A stretch of DNA of 64,000 bases from a virus (taxonomy: Duplodnaviria; Heunggongvirae; Uroviricota; Caudoviricetes), in the IMG/VR virus record IMGVR_UViG_2519899835_000003, one strand, 5' to 3'. Position 1 is the first letter of the stretch; every line of letters starts with the position of its first letter. The notes below the pieces were generated by a model. That model ran no database searches, was not told the DNA's origin, and saw nothing but the letters and a program-made list of their open reading frames with translations. Shown one piece after another: positions 19,058 to 29,692 of the stretch. The position numbers and the translations under genes were made by a program.

Positions 19058-19792
19058 TCAGAATTTCAGGCCAATGCCAGCAGTAACGCCACTCGTGCGC
19101 CAGTCGCCAGAGCCGGAACCTTCGTAAGCCACATCCAGTGTAACACTCTCATTCAGGTTAAACTGTGCACCTGCAGCCCACGCAAGGGAGGTTTTTTTCG
19201 TGCTGTTGCTTTCAGAAAATCCGCCACTACTGTTAATATTGTCCTTAATTTTCAGGTCAGCGCTAACTTTAGCAACGCCCATCCCTGCCATCGCATATAA
19301 ACTCATGTACTGATTAACCCGCCATGAAGGCCCCGCTAACAGACTCCAGTAATTCGCCCTGATATCCGTTCTGGCAGAAGCTGCCGGATTCTTAATCTTC
19401 CTGGTATGATCGGCTGACTGCACATCAATAAATGTCTGTGAGTTAGTGAGAGAACGCGTCCATGTAAAAGAGGTGATAACGCCAAAATCATCCGTTATCT
19501 CGTAGCGATACCTGATATTAATGCCCTGTGGATTTTTATCCTTGCCTTCATATCCACTGACCCGACCATCTGTATATTCGCCCAATGAAGAAAAGTAGTT
19601 TCTGTTGACGAAATGACTGAAAGTCTCCCTGTTATGAGCAGTCGCATCCTTTACAAAATCCTTCAGTCCCGGAAACTGAAAGTGCGCATACCCCAGAGAA
19701 ATTGTATGCTCTCCTTCTGCTGCATGTGCAGATAAATTTACACAGGCAATCCCGGAGATTGCACACACAACCAGTGTTGCTATACTCTTCAT
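19058..19792 (-). CDS. lom: Lom/Ail/OmpX-family outer-membrane protein
   Basis: Signal peptide plus Ail/Lom-type beta-barrel sequence ending ...VTAGIGLKF; located beside tail genes as in lambda. Hairpin plus T run downstream near 19,013-19,037. Confidence 0.85.
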   Translation of the reverse strand: MKSIATLVVCAISGIACVNLSAHAAEGEHTISLGYAHFQFPGLKDFVKDATAHNRETFSHFVNRNYFSSLGEYTDGRVSGYEGKDKNPQGINIRYRYEITDDFGVITSFTWTRSLTNSQTFIDVQSADHTRKIKNPAASARTDIRANYWSLLAGPSWRVNQYMSLYAMAGMGVAKVSADLKIKDNINSSGGFSESNSTKKTSLAWAAGAQFNLNESVTLDVAYEGSGSGDWRTSGVTAGIGLKF

Positions 19793-19882
19793 TTAAGATA
19801 TCCTGTATTCAGATAACACGCTAAACTTTTTAATAATACATCTTTTTAGACATTTTAAATGAATATTAAAGACTCGCTTCAA

Positions 19883-20500
19883 CTAATCATATACTGATGT
19901 ATTAATAACCAGGACCTTATCTATATACGGCTTTCGAATATCCCATGTTGCACCACCGGAATAATGCTCACAGGAATATATTTTATTTCCTGTAGCACCA
20001 GTGGATGTGGTATAAATCGGTCGATCATAAGGAGTTCTTTTCCAGTTATAATACCCGACCAGTGCAGGCATGATTGCGCATGGATATCCAAGGTCCTTTT
20101 CAAATTTGATATCAACAGGTATTAACTTCGCGTCAAGCAGCATCATTTCGCCATGATAAATCATCTCACCGTCCGGGTTATACATGGCGATACCATACTC
20201 AGAAGGTGGAGTAACCATATTCGCGAAAGCATAAACCGTCGTAACACCAGGGTTCGTTCCCCTGACAATTACATGAAGCCTTAGTGCATGATATCCATCA
20301 ATCTGTTCATGCGTGTACATGACATCGGCCTTCTTCTCTGTTCTGATAAAGAAAAAACAACTTTTGCCTGACGGGATTGATGTTTTAAAAAAAGACTTTT
20401 CAGTCGCCGGTATGGTGCCTTTGTTGATCAGACACTGCGGCGTAAAACCTGGACTTATCCATACGCTGCCATCCGGCTTCATAATGCTCAAACCGTACAT
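19883..20500 (-). CDS. Hypothetical protein with internal YG(F/L/I)-x-(I/M)-(Y/K)-(N/P)-DG repeats
   Basis: 205-aa ORF between J-like gene and lom; repeated MYGLSIMKPDGS / YGIAMYNPDGEMIY segments. Confidence 0.45.
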   Translation of the reverse strand: MYGLSIMKPDGSVWISPGFTPQCLINKGTIPATEKSFFKTSIPSGKSCFFFIRTEKKADVMYTHEQIDGYHALRLHVIVRGTNPGVTTVYAFANMVTPPSEYGIAMYNPDGEMIYHGEMMLLDAKLIPVDIKFEKDLGYPCAIMPALVGYYNWKRTPYDRPIYTTSTGATGNKIYSCEHYSGGATWDIRKPYIDKVLVINTSVYD

Positions 20501-20505
20501 AACAC

Positions 20506-20784
20506 TTATCCCCAGAATGTATAAATATAAGATCCCATACCCTGCTCAAGATTCGACCACGTCACCGTATTGTCATTAATGGTTATCTTCGGTACTTTCC
20601 GATCCGCAAATACATTATTCCAGGGAAATAAACAACATACAGCCTGCAATGATTTCCCGTCGGGTTTATTAGTGTACGTCTTTGAGCCAGACTCCGCTGT
20701 AAATCTGTCCAGGAAAAATACTGGAGTCAGCACGCCCGTAACATTAACGTTATTTCTGTTATAAATGGCAAAACCGTATTCCAA
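20506..20784 (-). CDS. Hypothetical protein (92 aa), same repeat family as downstream gene
   Basis: Starts MEYGFAIYNRNN; stop is 5 nt before the start of the next gene. Confidence 0.4.
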   Translation of the reverse strand: MEYGFAIYNRNNVNVTGVLTPVFFLDRFTAESGSKTYTNKPDGKSLQAVCCLFPWNNVFADRKVPKITINDNTVTWSNLEQGMGSYIYTFWG

Positions 20785-20798
20785 TACTCACCTCCTGA

Positions 20799-22067
20799 TC
20801 AGCGTAATCTGCCTATGCGAACAGCCAGTCGTCCATTCTGATCATAAACCTCAATTTTATCATTGCGGATCACCAGTCCTACATTCTGATTAGAGTAACG
20901 AATTGTCAGTTGCCCTTGTGACGTAACACTGAAAAGGCCTCCAATATTCAGGTTACCCTGAGAATCAACCTGAAAGTTTCCGTTCTGAATAACGGCACTC
21001 CGGATAACTGGCGAAGTGATACTTACCCCAGCTTTTACCTCATCCGCCACAACCTTCCGCGACACCAGTGTTTCAATCACCGCGTCATAAATCATCGCTT
21101 TCGGGATCACTACCTTGCCACCTGATACCGCAAACGGATAGGCTGTGTTATCCGGATTATTCGGGTCAAAGACAAACAACTGCGACGCAGAAATTGCAAC
21201 CTGACTTACAGGCCTGCCTTCACTGTCTTTTCCGGCGACAATCCCGATCCCCGCAGTGATACCATCAACTCCCGCTTTTTTTGACCACATCGCAAGGAAC
21301 GCCTCACCGCCTTCTTTATCCAGTTTAGTGATGCGCTTGTCGACCTCATTAAGCGATTCACTGGTTGACGAATCCAGTGTGCTAATGCGGGTTTCAATAC
21401 CACCAATCGTTCTTGTCGTTTCTTCCCTGAGAGTCCCCACAACTTCGGTTGTCTTAATTGCAGCATCCTTTACAGCCTGCCCCTGCGCGTTTTTTATTTC
21501 TTTACGCAGCTCGGACACAACCGGCGACTTTGCAGCCTCATCGCGGATCTGGTCAATGATGGCCTTCACGCCGATCTGTGTTTGTGCCTGAGTGCCTTTT
21601 TCAGCATTCCATGGACCTTTCACTCCTGCCGCGTTAACAAAACGTATCCAGTAAAATCCCGACCAGCCAGGGTCAACCGGATCGCCGTAAACCTGCCCCG
21701 GCGTCGTGGCAACCAGCACTGCATCAGCAAGGTCATCCTCCGTACCCCGCCAGATTTCAGTCAGTGAATGTCCGCGATAATTAGGCATATCCCATTCAAG
21801 AAGAACCGAGCCAAATCCTCCTGTCGCCTTAAAATTCAGCGGTTTTGTGGGAAAATCAACAGTCATTAAAGTACTGTCAATCTCAATACCCGGATTCAGT
21901 GCATATGAGGCACCACCCTGTGTACGACGTCGGGCAAGTTTAAGGCCAACCAGCTCTTCACGGGTCACAAAAGCATGACGACCGTCGCCACGCTGCCCGG
22001 TGCCAATTTCCATATTTTCCACAACAGCGGATAAATCCTTCCCCGCCCGCCACGGTTTTTTGCTCAT
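20799..22067 (-). CDS. Tail tip / host-specificity protein with lambda J-like C-terminal region
   Basis: PTKPLNFKATGGFGSVLLEWDMPNY fibronectin-III-like segment and ...KIEVYDQNGRLAVRIGRLR ending recalled as typical of J-family C-termini. Confidence 0.55.
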   Translation of the reverse strand: MSKKPWRAGKDLSAVVENMEIGTGQRGDGRHAFVTREELVGLKLARRRTQGGASYALNPGIEIDSTLMTVDFPTKPLNFKATGGFGSVLLEWDMPNYRGHSLTEIWRGTEDDLADAVLVATTPGQVYGDPVDPGWSGFYWIRFVNAAGVKGPWNAEKGTQAQTQIGVKAIIDQIRDEAAKSPVVSELRKEIKNAQGQAVKDAAIKTTEVVGTLREETTRTIGGIETRISTLDSSTSESLNEVDKRITKLDKEGGEAFLAMWSKKAGVDGITAGIGIVAGKDSEGRPVSQVAISASQLFVFDPNNPDNTAYPFAVSGGKVVIPKAMIYDAVIETLVSRKVVADEVKAGVSITSPVIRSAVIQNGNFQVDSQGNLNIGGLFSVTSQGQLTIRYSNQNVGLVIRNDKIEVYDQNGRLAVRIGRLR

Positions 22068-23689
22068 ATCGGTAACTCCGACATCGATGTACTCAGGGTT
22101 ATTCGTTCCACCTGCCCAAATCCGGATACCATCACCTGCCAGTTTTGCCCGGTTGCTGCCGGAAGTCTCACCACACTTCCCTTAAACGTACCCGGCGCAA
22201 AATGAATAACAGGAACATCATCAGCCATAACGGTGATCCCCACCCGCTCAGGTGCTGGAGATTTCACCCTGATACAGGAAAAAGAGGTTCTTTCAGGCAA
22301 TGAAAAAATTTTTGAATGCCACCTTATCGTGGACGGCAGAGAGCCCCCGGCAAGCACTGACATTTTGTCTCCTGTCACCACGCGCATCATATCTTTTGCG
22401 AGATCAACCCATGCGCAGTCAAACGGTGTACTGAGATAGCGGATATCCATGTTCACCGGGTTGAAGACAAACACATCCTGCTTACCATCAGGTTTCGTGT
22501 AACAGGCAATGTACTCACCACGCCATGAGTAAGCCACAATGGACGACGGATTAAACTGACTCTGCCACTGTTCTGGTGAAATGATTTTTTCCGTTACCAC
22601 GGCTGTACTGCCGCCTGCATCAACCGATACCAGGCCATTTGTTCCTGCATACAGCACGAATCCCTCCATCGCCACCATACTTCTTCGGCTCAGGCATGCC
22701 TGCATGGAAGGGATTTTGGAACCAGAAATTGTGGACGGTGATACCCCACTGAACAAATAAGGCTCCCCCTTTGTCGCCACCACCAGTGACGTTCCCAGCG
22801 GACAGATAGCCACAATATCTTCTGCCGTCGTGTGACGATTCACTTCCGGCCATGCATACGGCAGATACGCTTCCGAAAACATCACTTCATTACCGGCAAA
22901 CCCGGCGGCAATACCATTAGCCATCAGGCAAAGGCCTGTCATATTCTCTGGCGGCGGCAGGTAATCCCATGTCGCCAGGGAAGGCCCAAGGTTTTTCGCC
23001 GGTATTTTGTCCGTGTAACTGAGCACGGATGCATCCAGTTCAGCCACAAGTAAAAAATCCGCCTCCCCTCCACCTGATGCAGAGCGATAAATCCGGCGAC
23101 GTTTAATACTGGCATTCTGCAATGGTACCGGAGCCAGCGCCAGTTGTACCGCAGTTCCCGGAGTACGGAGTGTTACCTCCAGAGACGCCGGACCTGGCGG
23201 ACCTTCTTCACCATAATCTGAGACAAAGGTTTCCGTATAAAACCGGGTTTCATCATCATTCGGGTTATCGTCAGAAACATCACCGCCCTGCTGGACAGTA
23301 CAGACAGGAGCTGTCGTCGGCGCGGGGATCCCAAGACGATACGATGATGTCGGGTGATTCCCGTCCCCTTTTGTGGCAATAGTCGCATCCGTCACTTTAG
23401 GAAAACGCCCGTCAGTGTAGTAAATACGCCCGTGGGGGTCCTGAGCGATCGGACTGCGGATCACATCCACCACATCCGGCCATGCAAACCAGAAATCGTC
23501 ACGGTAATGAAAAATTGTTTTTGGCTTAATTGTGAATGTTTTCTCAACCCCGGATATCTGACGTTCTGGTGTAATAACACCAAACCGGAAATGGCAGTCC
23601 TCCGCCAGTACAGCGGAATGCTCGGACAGCATGGATGTCACAACGCGCGGCATCATCCCACGCATCGTGGTGATATCGATATAGGGCAT
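22064..23689 (-). CDS. Tail protein (541 aa from internal ATG with AAGGAA RBS)
   Basis: Overlaps the downstream J-like gene by 4 bp; start set at MPYIDITT, the first ATG with a ribosome-binding site. Confidence 0.45.
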   Translation of the reverse strand: MPYIDITTMRGMMPRVVTSMLSEHSAVLAEDCHFRFGVITPERQISGVEKTFTIKPKTIFHYRDDFWFAWPDVVDVIRSPIAQDPHGRIYYTDGRFPKVTDATIATKGDGNHPTSSYRLGIPAPTTAPVCTVQQGGDVSDDNPNDDETRFYTETFVSDYGEEGPPGPASLEVTLRTPGTAVQLALAPVPLQNASIKRRRIYRSASGGGEADFLLVAELDASVLSYTDKIPAKNLGPSLATWDYLPPPENMTGLCLMANGIAAGFAGNEVMFSEAYLPYAWPEVNRHTTAEDIVAICPLGTSLVVATKGEPYLFSGVSPSTISGSKIPSMQACLSRRSMVAMEGFVLYAGTNGLVSVDAGGSTAVVTEKIISPEQWQSQFNPSSIVAYSWRGEYIACYTKPDGKQDVFVFNPVNMDIRYLSTPFDCAWVDLAKDMMRVVTGDKMSVLAGGSLPSTIRWHSKIFSLPERTSFSCIRVKSPAPERVGITVMADDVPVIHFAPGTFKGSVVRLPAATGQNWQVMVSGFGQVERITLSTSMSELPI

Positions 23690-24029
23690 AGAAATTCCTT
23701 TGACTGCTTCAGGCTTAAAAATCAGGGGATTTATGATGGAATTCGCTAAAATCGCGATCGGTATCACTGCAACAGAGTGTTGCTATGATATTCTGGGCAA
23801 GACGTAACAACTCACTAATTGTTATCAAACTTCTTTCTTCTGGTCGGGGAGCATGTTGCTCCCCTTTTTATTGCATCATTACGGCAGCCACTGCACAGAG
23901 CGTTACCACTGCACCCAGCCACACAAAAATCTCCTGCTGTGTAGTGCTTCTTTACGTATTTCAGATTTGCCTGTTTCATGACAATTTATCAATTAGCATT
24001 AGCTAAACATTTTATACATAGTATACGAT

Positions 24030-24263
24030 TTACATTATTTGAGAGCAGGTTGTGCTGTCAAATGCTCCAGCTCCAACCCAACGCCAGTTGTAGTGATGCC
24101 CTGCATGATACAATTTATACTTCCCGCTTTTCTTAATCCCATAAATTGGCATTATAGTTTCTTCCCCACCTAAATATGCTTTACCATGGCAAAGCGGAGT
24201 TGGCAAAGATTTGCAACCAGATAATAATATCAATACAGCTAAAACACATTTGTACATTATCAA
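24030..24263 (-). CDS. Small lipoprotein (77 aa)
   Basis: Signal peptide with lipobox LLSGC (MIMYKCVLAVLILLSGCKS...); sits between the tail-fibre genes and the tail protein gene. Confidence 0.55.
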   Translation of the reverse strand: MIMYKCVLAVLILLSGCKSLPTPLCHGKAYLGGEETIMPIYGIKKSGKYKLYHAGHHYNWRWVGAGAFDSTTCSQIM

Positions 24264-24269
24264 CTCCTT

Positions 24270-24815
24270 CTAAACCTTATAAACAGATATAGTTTTTCCG
24301 TTTTGATTAAAGAGCCAGTTTTTAGAAACTATTGCACTATAATGCCGAGTATTGTTTGCAAATGATAATGGTGTGAATGAGATATTGGTTCCATCAAATG
24401 ATAGAGTAAAGTTTTGATTAGGCCCGTTCGTTAAGCCCAGATACATCTTGGTAGAGTCTTGCGTTTGAGAAAGATGCGTAATTGAACAACCTAACAACGA
24501 ACCATTTATTGAACCAGCCGGATTTTGTGTTTGCACACGGCTGGAAACGGCAGAGCCAGCACCTGTCGTTGTTGAGTTATTAGAATACCCTCCATAGTTA
24601 TTGTTTACAGGAACAATTTGTATATTTGTTGCCTGAACTAAAACAACAAAATTTGAACGACCTACAGTGATAGAAAAGTCCTGTACACTTTTCCCAACCA
24701 TTTGCGACATATAAAACGGTGTACTTAGCTTAAGTTTGGCACCTGCCGATTTCATTGACCTTTCACCAGTTACACTAACGGCAGAGGAGCCAACCCATCC
24801 GGAAGCAACCCCCAT
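24270..24815 (-). CDS. Hypothetical tail-fibre-associated protein (181 aa)
   Basis: S/T/N-rich ORF directly downstream of the collagen-repeat tail fibre gene. Confidence 0.4.
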   Translation of the reverse strand: MGVASGWVGSSAVSVTGERSMKSAGAKLKLSTPFYMSQMVGKSVQDFSITVGRSNFVVLVQATNIQIVPVNNNYGGYSNNSTTTGAGSAVSSRVQTQNPAGSINGSLLGCSITHLSQTQDSTKMYLGLTNGPNQNFTLSFDGTNISFTPLSFANNTRHYSAIVSKNWLFNQNGKTISVYKV

Positions 24816-24897
24816 TTAACATCCTCCTGTCATTCGGACGATAACACCAACCATCTTCTGCCTCAGACTAATGGTTCTCTGTTCTCTGATTGTTTTA

Positions 24898-27543
24898 TTA
24901 TTTCTCTTTAAGGTCGCTAATCTCTTTACGCAGATTTTTTATTCCTTCAACTAACAGTGCAATAACACCATTATAATTTAATCGAAATCTCTCTTCACCA
25001 GATATGATATCTGTATCAGATGTAACTAACTCTGGTTGAGCCTTTAACGCATCCTGTGCAAATAATCCCACAGATTGTTGCCAACTGCCATCAGCATTCT
25101 GTATTTCATACAAATAACCCGTTAGCAAGTCAAGCTTCTCCAGACAATTATCTATTCGTATTGCATTTCGCTTGTTGCGTTTATCCGAACGGATCTGAAC
25201 ATCGTTAAATGAGCCGTTTCCGGTCACCGTCAAATTGCCATTAATACCACCATTAAAAGTTTGTGCCTGAGTCCATGTATTGGCAGTAGTAAGCAGTTCT
25301 GTTCCTTGCCCGGGGGCTCCTGTGTCTCCCTTCGGTCCCTGCGGCCCTTCCGGACCTGCTGGACCTGCTACTCCCGGATCACCTTTATCGCCTTTCGGCC
25401 CCGGCGCACCTGCCGGACCTGCTGGTCCAGCCACCCCCGGATCGCCTTTGTCACCTTTTGGCCCCTGTGCGCCTGCCGGGCCTGCGGCTCCCGTATCCCC
25501 TTTCGGTCCCTGTGGCCCCGCCGGACCTGCTGGTCCAGCCACCCCCGGATCGCCTTTGTCACCTTTTGGTCCCTGTGCGCCTGCCGGGCCTGCAGCTCCC
25601 GTATCCCCTTTAGGTCCCTGCGGTCCTGCCGGGCCTGCGGCTCCCGTATCCCCTTTAGGTCCCTGCGGTCCTGCCGGGCCTGCGGCTCCCGTATCCCCTT
25701 TAGGTCCCTGCGGTCCTGCCGGGCCTGCGGCTCCCGTATCCCCTTTCGGTCCCTGTGGCCCCGCCGGACCTGCTGGTCCAGCCACCCCCGGATCGCCTTT
25801 GTCACCTTTTGGCCCCTGTGCGCCTGCCGGGCCTGCGGCTCCCGTATCCCCTTTCGGTCCCTGTGGCCCCGCCGGACCTGCTGGTCCAGCCACCCCCGGA
25901 TCGCCTTTGTCACCTTTTGGCCCCTGTGCGCCTGCCGGGCCTGCGGCTCCCGTATCCCCTTTCGGTCCCTGTGGCCCCGCCGGACCTGCTGGTCCAGCCA
26001 CCCCCGGATCGCCTTTGTCACCTTTTGGCCCCTGTGCGCCTGCCGGGCCTGCGGCTCCCGTATCCCCTTTCGGTCCCTGTGGCCCCGCCGGACCTGCTGG
26101 TCCAGCCACCCCCGGATCGCCTTTGTCACCTTTTGGCCCCTGTGCGCCTGCCGGGCCTGCGGCTCCCGTATCCCCTTTCGGTCCCTGTGGGCCTGCCGGA
26201 CCCGTATCGCCCTTGTCTCCCTTCGGGCCGGGAACGCCACCACCTGCAGCAACCTCTTCTGCCTTCTGTCTCGCCGCCTTGGCCTCATCCATTGCCGCCT
26301 TCACAGCCTTCGACGTGGCAGCCTTTGTTTCGTCATTACTGGCAGTATCACTACTTAGCTGCACAATTCCCTTCTGTGCCGTCGTCGCGTCCACCACATT
26401 TGCTGCGCTGCCCGCCGGACCAGGCTCCCCGCGGGGGCCCTGCGGCCCAGCTTCGCCTCGTTCACCTTTCGGACCTGCCGGACCTGTCGCACCGGCATCT
26501 CCTTTCGGTCCCTGCGGCCCCGCCGGGCCTCTCTCTCCTGCAGGTCCGCGTAGCCCCTGCTCTCCCTGAGGCCCTCGTTCTCCCGGCTCACCTTTTTCAC
26601 CTGCGGGACCGGCTGGTCCGGTGTCACCTTTAGGTCCTGCATCACCTTTCGGCCCGGGTGGTCCCCCCGGGTCTCCGGGGGCTCCTTTTTCACCTCTGGC
26701 CCCGGTTTCACCTCGTGGACCAGCAGGCCCCTGAATCCCCCGCTCTCCTTGCGGCCCCACCGGTCCTGTTTCACCGCGTGGTCCTTGTGCGCCTTGTGGA
26801 CCTGTTTCTCCACGAGGGCCTGCATCACCTTTCGGTCCGGTATCACCTTTAGGGCCTCTGGCATTCTCTGCCATACGCCTGGCCTCTTCAGCACTAACCG
26901 TAGCAGCCTCAGCACGTTTAAGAACGTCTCCGGCGGCCTCATGAGCCACTCTGGCGGTTTCAGCATGTTGTCTGGCATCATTCGCGTCTGCTGCCGCGGC
27001 CTTTTCAGACTCGCATGCCCGGGTCGCCGCTTCTGCAGCTTCACTGGCTTTTTGTCCGGCTTCAGCCGCCCTGCTGGTTGCCGTCTTTGCACTGTCAGAT
27101 GCACTCTTCGCACTGGCTGCTGCACTGTCTTTTGACTGTGTGGCCTGAGTGTTTTTTGTCGCCGTGTCTTCATTCAGGCGACGAATAGTGGCAAGGTCAT
27201 CAGCCACATTATTCTGTATCTGCCGGAAATCTGTCAGCAGTTCTCCGGGTATGCTAACCTCAACAAGACTGCGGCGTAACAGCATATTGAGCGTCACCGT
27301 ACTTTCGGTCCCCTCAATACGCACACGTCCGTAGACAGCAGTCTTCCCTTTCACCGTCACCGAAACCGCATACTCCCCCGGATCCATCGTCATTCCGTAA
27401 TATCCACCTTCACGGGTCACTGCCGACGCACTGGTGCCGCTGAGCGCATCCGGTGAAACTGTCAGCGCCGTCAGGGTAATATTTGCTCCTGATATCGCCT
27501 CACCATCAGGAGATTTCAGCGTCCCCGAAACAACAACACTCAC
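24898..27543 (-). CDS. Side tail fibre with collagen-like Gly-X-Y repeats and C-terminal intramolecular chaperone-type domain
   Basis: 881 aa; two long GXY blocks ([36 protein letters not shown] repeated); C-terminus ...[27 protein letters not shown] resembles the auto-cleaving chaperone of tail fibres/endosialidases. Confidence 0.8.
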   Translation of the reverse strand: MSVVVSGTLKSPDGEAISGANITLTALTVSPDALSGTSASAVTREGGYYGMTMDPGEYAVSVTVKGKTAVYGRVRIEGTESTVTLNMLLRRSLVEVSIPGELLTDFRQIQNNVADDLATIRRLNEDTATKNTQATQSKDSAAASAKSASDSAKTATSRAAEAGQKASEAAEAATRACESEKAAAADANDARQHAETARVAHEAAGDVLKRAEAATVSAEEARRMAENARGPKGDTGPKGDAGPRGETGPQGAQGPRGETGPVGPQGERGIQGPAGPRGETGARGEKGAPGDPGGPPGPKGDAGPKGDTGPAGPAGEKGEPGERGPQGEQGLRGPAGERGPAGPQGPKGDAGATGPAGPKGERGEAGPQGPRGEPGPAGSAANVVDATTAQKGIVQLSSDTASNDETKAATSKAVKAAMDEAKAARQKAEEVAAGGGVPGPKGDKGDTGPAGPQGPKGDTGAAGPAGAQGPKGDKGDPGVAGPAGPAGPQGPKGDTGAAGPAGAQGPKGDKGDPGVAGPAGPAGPQGPKGDTGAAGPAGAQGPKGDKGDPGVAGPAGPAGPQGPKGDTGAAGPAGAQGPKGDKGDPGVAGPAGPAGPQGPKGDTGAAGPAGPQGPKGDTGAAGPAGPQGPKGDTGAAGPAGPQGPKGDTGAAGPAGAQGPKGDKGDPGVAGPAGPAGPQGPKGDTGAAGPAGAQGPKGDKGDPGVAGPAGPAGAPGPKGDKGDPGVAGPAGPEGPQGPKGDTGAPGQGTELLTTANTWTQAQTFNGGINGNLTVTGNGSFNDVQIRSDKRNKRNAIRIDNCLEKLDLLTGYLYEIQNADGSWQQSVGLFAQDALKAQPELVTSDTDIISGEERFRLNYNGVIALLVEGIKNLRKEISDLKEK
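25250..26250. repeat. Tandem near-identical 108-bp (36-codon) and shorter 45-bp units inside the tail-fibre gene (approximate bounds)
   Basis: DNA lines from about 25,430 to 26,200 repeat almost exactly; the supplied six-frame track shows long artefactual ORFs on both strands here. Confidence 0.8.
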
Positions 27544-28190
27544 ACTCCACCTCCGTTAAACACTTTTTTACGGGCAGACAATGCACTGTCTGCCCCCTGT
27601 TTGATCCCAAGTTGCTCAACAAAACTCTGATAATGCTGCGCAGCCAGCCCCGATTCTGCGCCACCGGCAGCATCCTTACTGAAAGCGCGAAACAACATCC
27701 AGTCCACCAGTGGGTTAACATAAGCATCTTCCAGTGGAACTGGCGTATCATCGTCCTGCGTCAGAACATACACTGCCTCCGGTATCCGGCTTACCACTGC
27801 ATCAATACTTATCTCTTTGTCAGGGACAGGAAACAGCCAGAATACGCGCGGGGACAGGTCGTTGCTGATAAAACATTCAGGAATGCCCTTCACTGTGAGC
27901 CACTCAGGATACTGCGCATCCAGCACCTCCCGGGATAATGGTCTGACTGCACTACCGTCACTGAGGCATATCACGTCAAGAAGTTGTATTACACCATCGG
28001 GCAAAACCTGACGGGCGCCCGGAACACAACTGATTGTTTCCAGGCTTGCGCCAGCATCCGGTCTCGCCAGAATCACTGCCCTCACAGCATCATTGTAATA
28101 ATCGCACAATTCCTGCAGGGACCAGCGAACCATCATCGGGTCAACCAGTTGTGTATTCACACGTCCGATGATTTCTGTAATCGTCGTCAT
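27540..28190 (-). CDS. Virion structural protein (possible head-tail adaptor)
   Basis: Position between capsid genes and tail fibre; 4-bp overlap with tail fibre start. Confidence 0.4.
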   Translation of the reverse strand: MTTITEIIGRVNTQLVDPMMVRWSLQELCDYYNDAVRAVILARPDAGASLETISCVPGARQVLPDGVIQLLDVICLSDGSAVRPLSREVLDAQYPEWLTVKGIPECFISNDLSPRVFWLFPVPDKEISIDAVVSRIPEAVYVLTQDDDTPVPLEDAYVNPLVDWMLFRAFSKDAAGGAESGLAAQHYQSFVEQLGIKQGADSALSARKKVFNGGGV

Positions 28191-28813
28191 CAGTAAAACC
28201 TTTGTCTGCGGACAGGATTGCGGTATGAGGAGTACGGACTTGTCGCCAGTGTGTCGCGATATGCCCGACGGATACCCTCAGAAAACAGCACAGAGAAATA
28301 CTGTGCGCGCGACGGGTCTGACCATGAAACCCCGGTCTGCATGAACAACCGTTCAAGCGCCCCTGCTGCCACTTCTTCAGACCATGCCCGCAGTTCATCC
28401 TGCACCTGACGGCTCCCTGCTTTCGGAGCAACGGCATAAAGCACACTCACCTCTCCGGGCGAACAGGCAAAATGCATTACCCGCCCCGGGCGGATTTCTA
28501 CATCATGACCGGCAAAAAGCTCACGCCCGTCAGCGAGGATACGAATAATATGTACGCACTCTTCATTCTCCGCGTCATATGGCAGCACACAGTCCTCTCC
28601 AGCTGACGGTGACAGCGTGGCTTCACGGCGGCACAACAGGGACTGACGGCAGAATGCCACTGCCGACATGGATAACGCATCCGTCATCATAATGTTCAGC
28701 GGACCACTGATATGGCGACGGACATACGGTAAAAAATCAGTCAGTTCCGCCATGCTGTTCAGTCTCCGCAACACGACGGCGAAATGCCTCACGCACACGG
28801 ATACGGAATGCAT
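28190..28813 (-). CDS. Virion structural protein
   Basis: ORF in head-completion region; function by position only. Confidence 0.4.
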   Translation of the reverse strand: MHSVSVCVRHFAVVLRRLNSMAELTDFLPYVRRHISGPLNIMMTDALSMSAVAFCRQSLLCRREATLSPSAGEDCVLPYDAENEECVHIIRILADGRELFAGHDVEIRPGRVMHFACSPGEVSVLYAVAPKAGSRQVQDELRAWSEEVAAGALERLFMQTGVSWSDPSRAQYFSVLFSEGIRRAYRDTLATSPYSSYRNPVRRQRFY

Positions 28814-29198
28814 CAGCCGTTTCTTTCGGGTCTTTGTGAATATTCAGCTCTTCTGCCTCACACAACGTTGCCAGCCGTGCGGACGTGAGTTTGCTCAAAT
28901 CCACATCCTGACCACCAACGCTAACCACAAAACTGTTCTCCGCTTCTGCAAGAGCAACCTGTTCTCTTTCCTGCGCCTGCTGTGCCTGCCGCAACTGCTC
29001 ATCCTGTTGTTGCTTTTTCAGTACGCCATCAAGCTCTTCATGACGAACCCAGACGTCAGAAAAGGCCAGCAACTGCCAAGCAAACGCATTGTCAACATGC
29101 ACCGGCTCAAGACGCGGGAACAGTGTACGACTCCCGGTAAGGGTATCCTTTTTCACGGGTTTGGGGCCGATATAGACAACGGCAATTTTTTCGCTCAT
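28737..29198 (-). CDS. Virion structural protein
   Basis: ORF in head-completion region; overlaps neighbour, start uncertain. Confidence 0.35.
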   Translation of the reverse strand: MSEKIAVVYIGPKPVKKDTLTGSRTLFPRLEPVHVDNAFAWQLLAFSDVWVRHEELDGVLKKQQQDEQLRQAQQAQEREQVALAEAENSFVVSVGGQDVDLSKLTSARLATLCEAEELNIHKDPKETADAFRIRVREAFRRRVAETEQHGGTD

Positions 29199-29248
29199 AT
29201 AATTCCCCGGGTAAAAAAGCCCGCATGACGCGGGCCAGAAGGTTTATA

Positions 29249-29638
29249 TCAGTAACCCACCACGGTATAACGCAGCAGAACATTCAGGGTGCCGGTTGCA
29301 GCGGCAGTCTTAATGGTGACAGTAACCAGCTCCCCGTCACGCAGTGTGGTGTACGGCTCCACGGGCACATATCTGGCAAATTTTGCAGAAACAGCTTCGC
29401 TGTTATCGATGAGAACATGCTCACCGGACTTAATGCTGACGGTTGCAGTACCCAGACCGCCCGTTGAAACCAGTTGCAGTGAGTTGATACGGATACCAAC
29501 TGGCAGTGAAAGAAGATGAATAACACTGTCCGCTTCCGCAGCGTTCACTGTAAACACACCTTCTGCCACCGACTCATTACCGTGCGTACCTGAATAAATC
29601 CGCTCACTCAGTGATGGAGCAAGGATAGTCTTTGCCAT
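29249..29638 (-). CDS. Virion structural protein (possible decoration/head-completion protein)
   Basis: 129-aa ORF directly downstream of the major capsid gene. Confidence 0.4.
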   Translation of the reverse strand: MAKTILAPSLSERIYSGTHGNESVAEGVFTVNAAEADSVIHLLSLPVGIRINSLQLVSTGGLGTATVSIKSGEHVLIDNSEAVSAKFARYVPVEPYTTLRDGELVTVTIKTAAATGTLNVLLRYTVVGY

Positions 29639-29692
29639 AATTAATGACTCCTGAAAAAGCCGGGCGATAACCCGGCATGGGGAAAGGAAAAA

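Noticed and set aside
25261-26633. Long ORFs on both strands (25261..26358, 25280..26569, 25368..26288, 25755..26633) overlapping the tail-fibre gene
   Set aside because: They are by-products of the GC-rich tandem Gly-X-Y codon repeats: low-complexity P/A/G/R-rich translations with no start context, all nested in the real 881-aa collagen-repeat gene.
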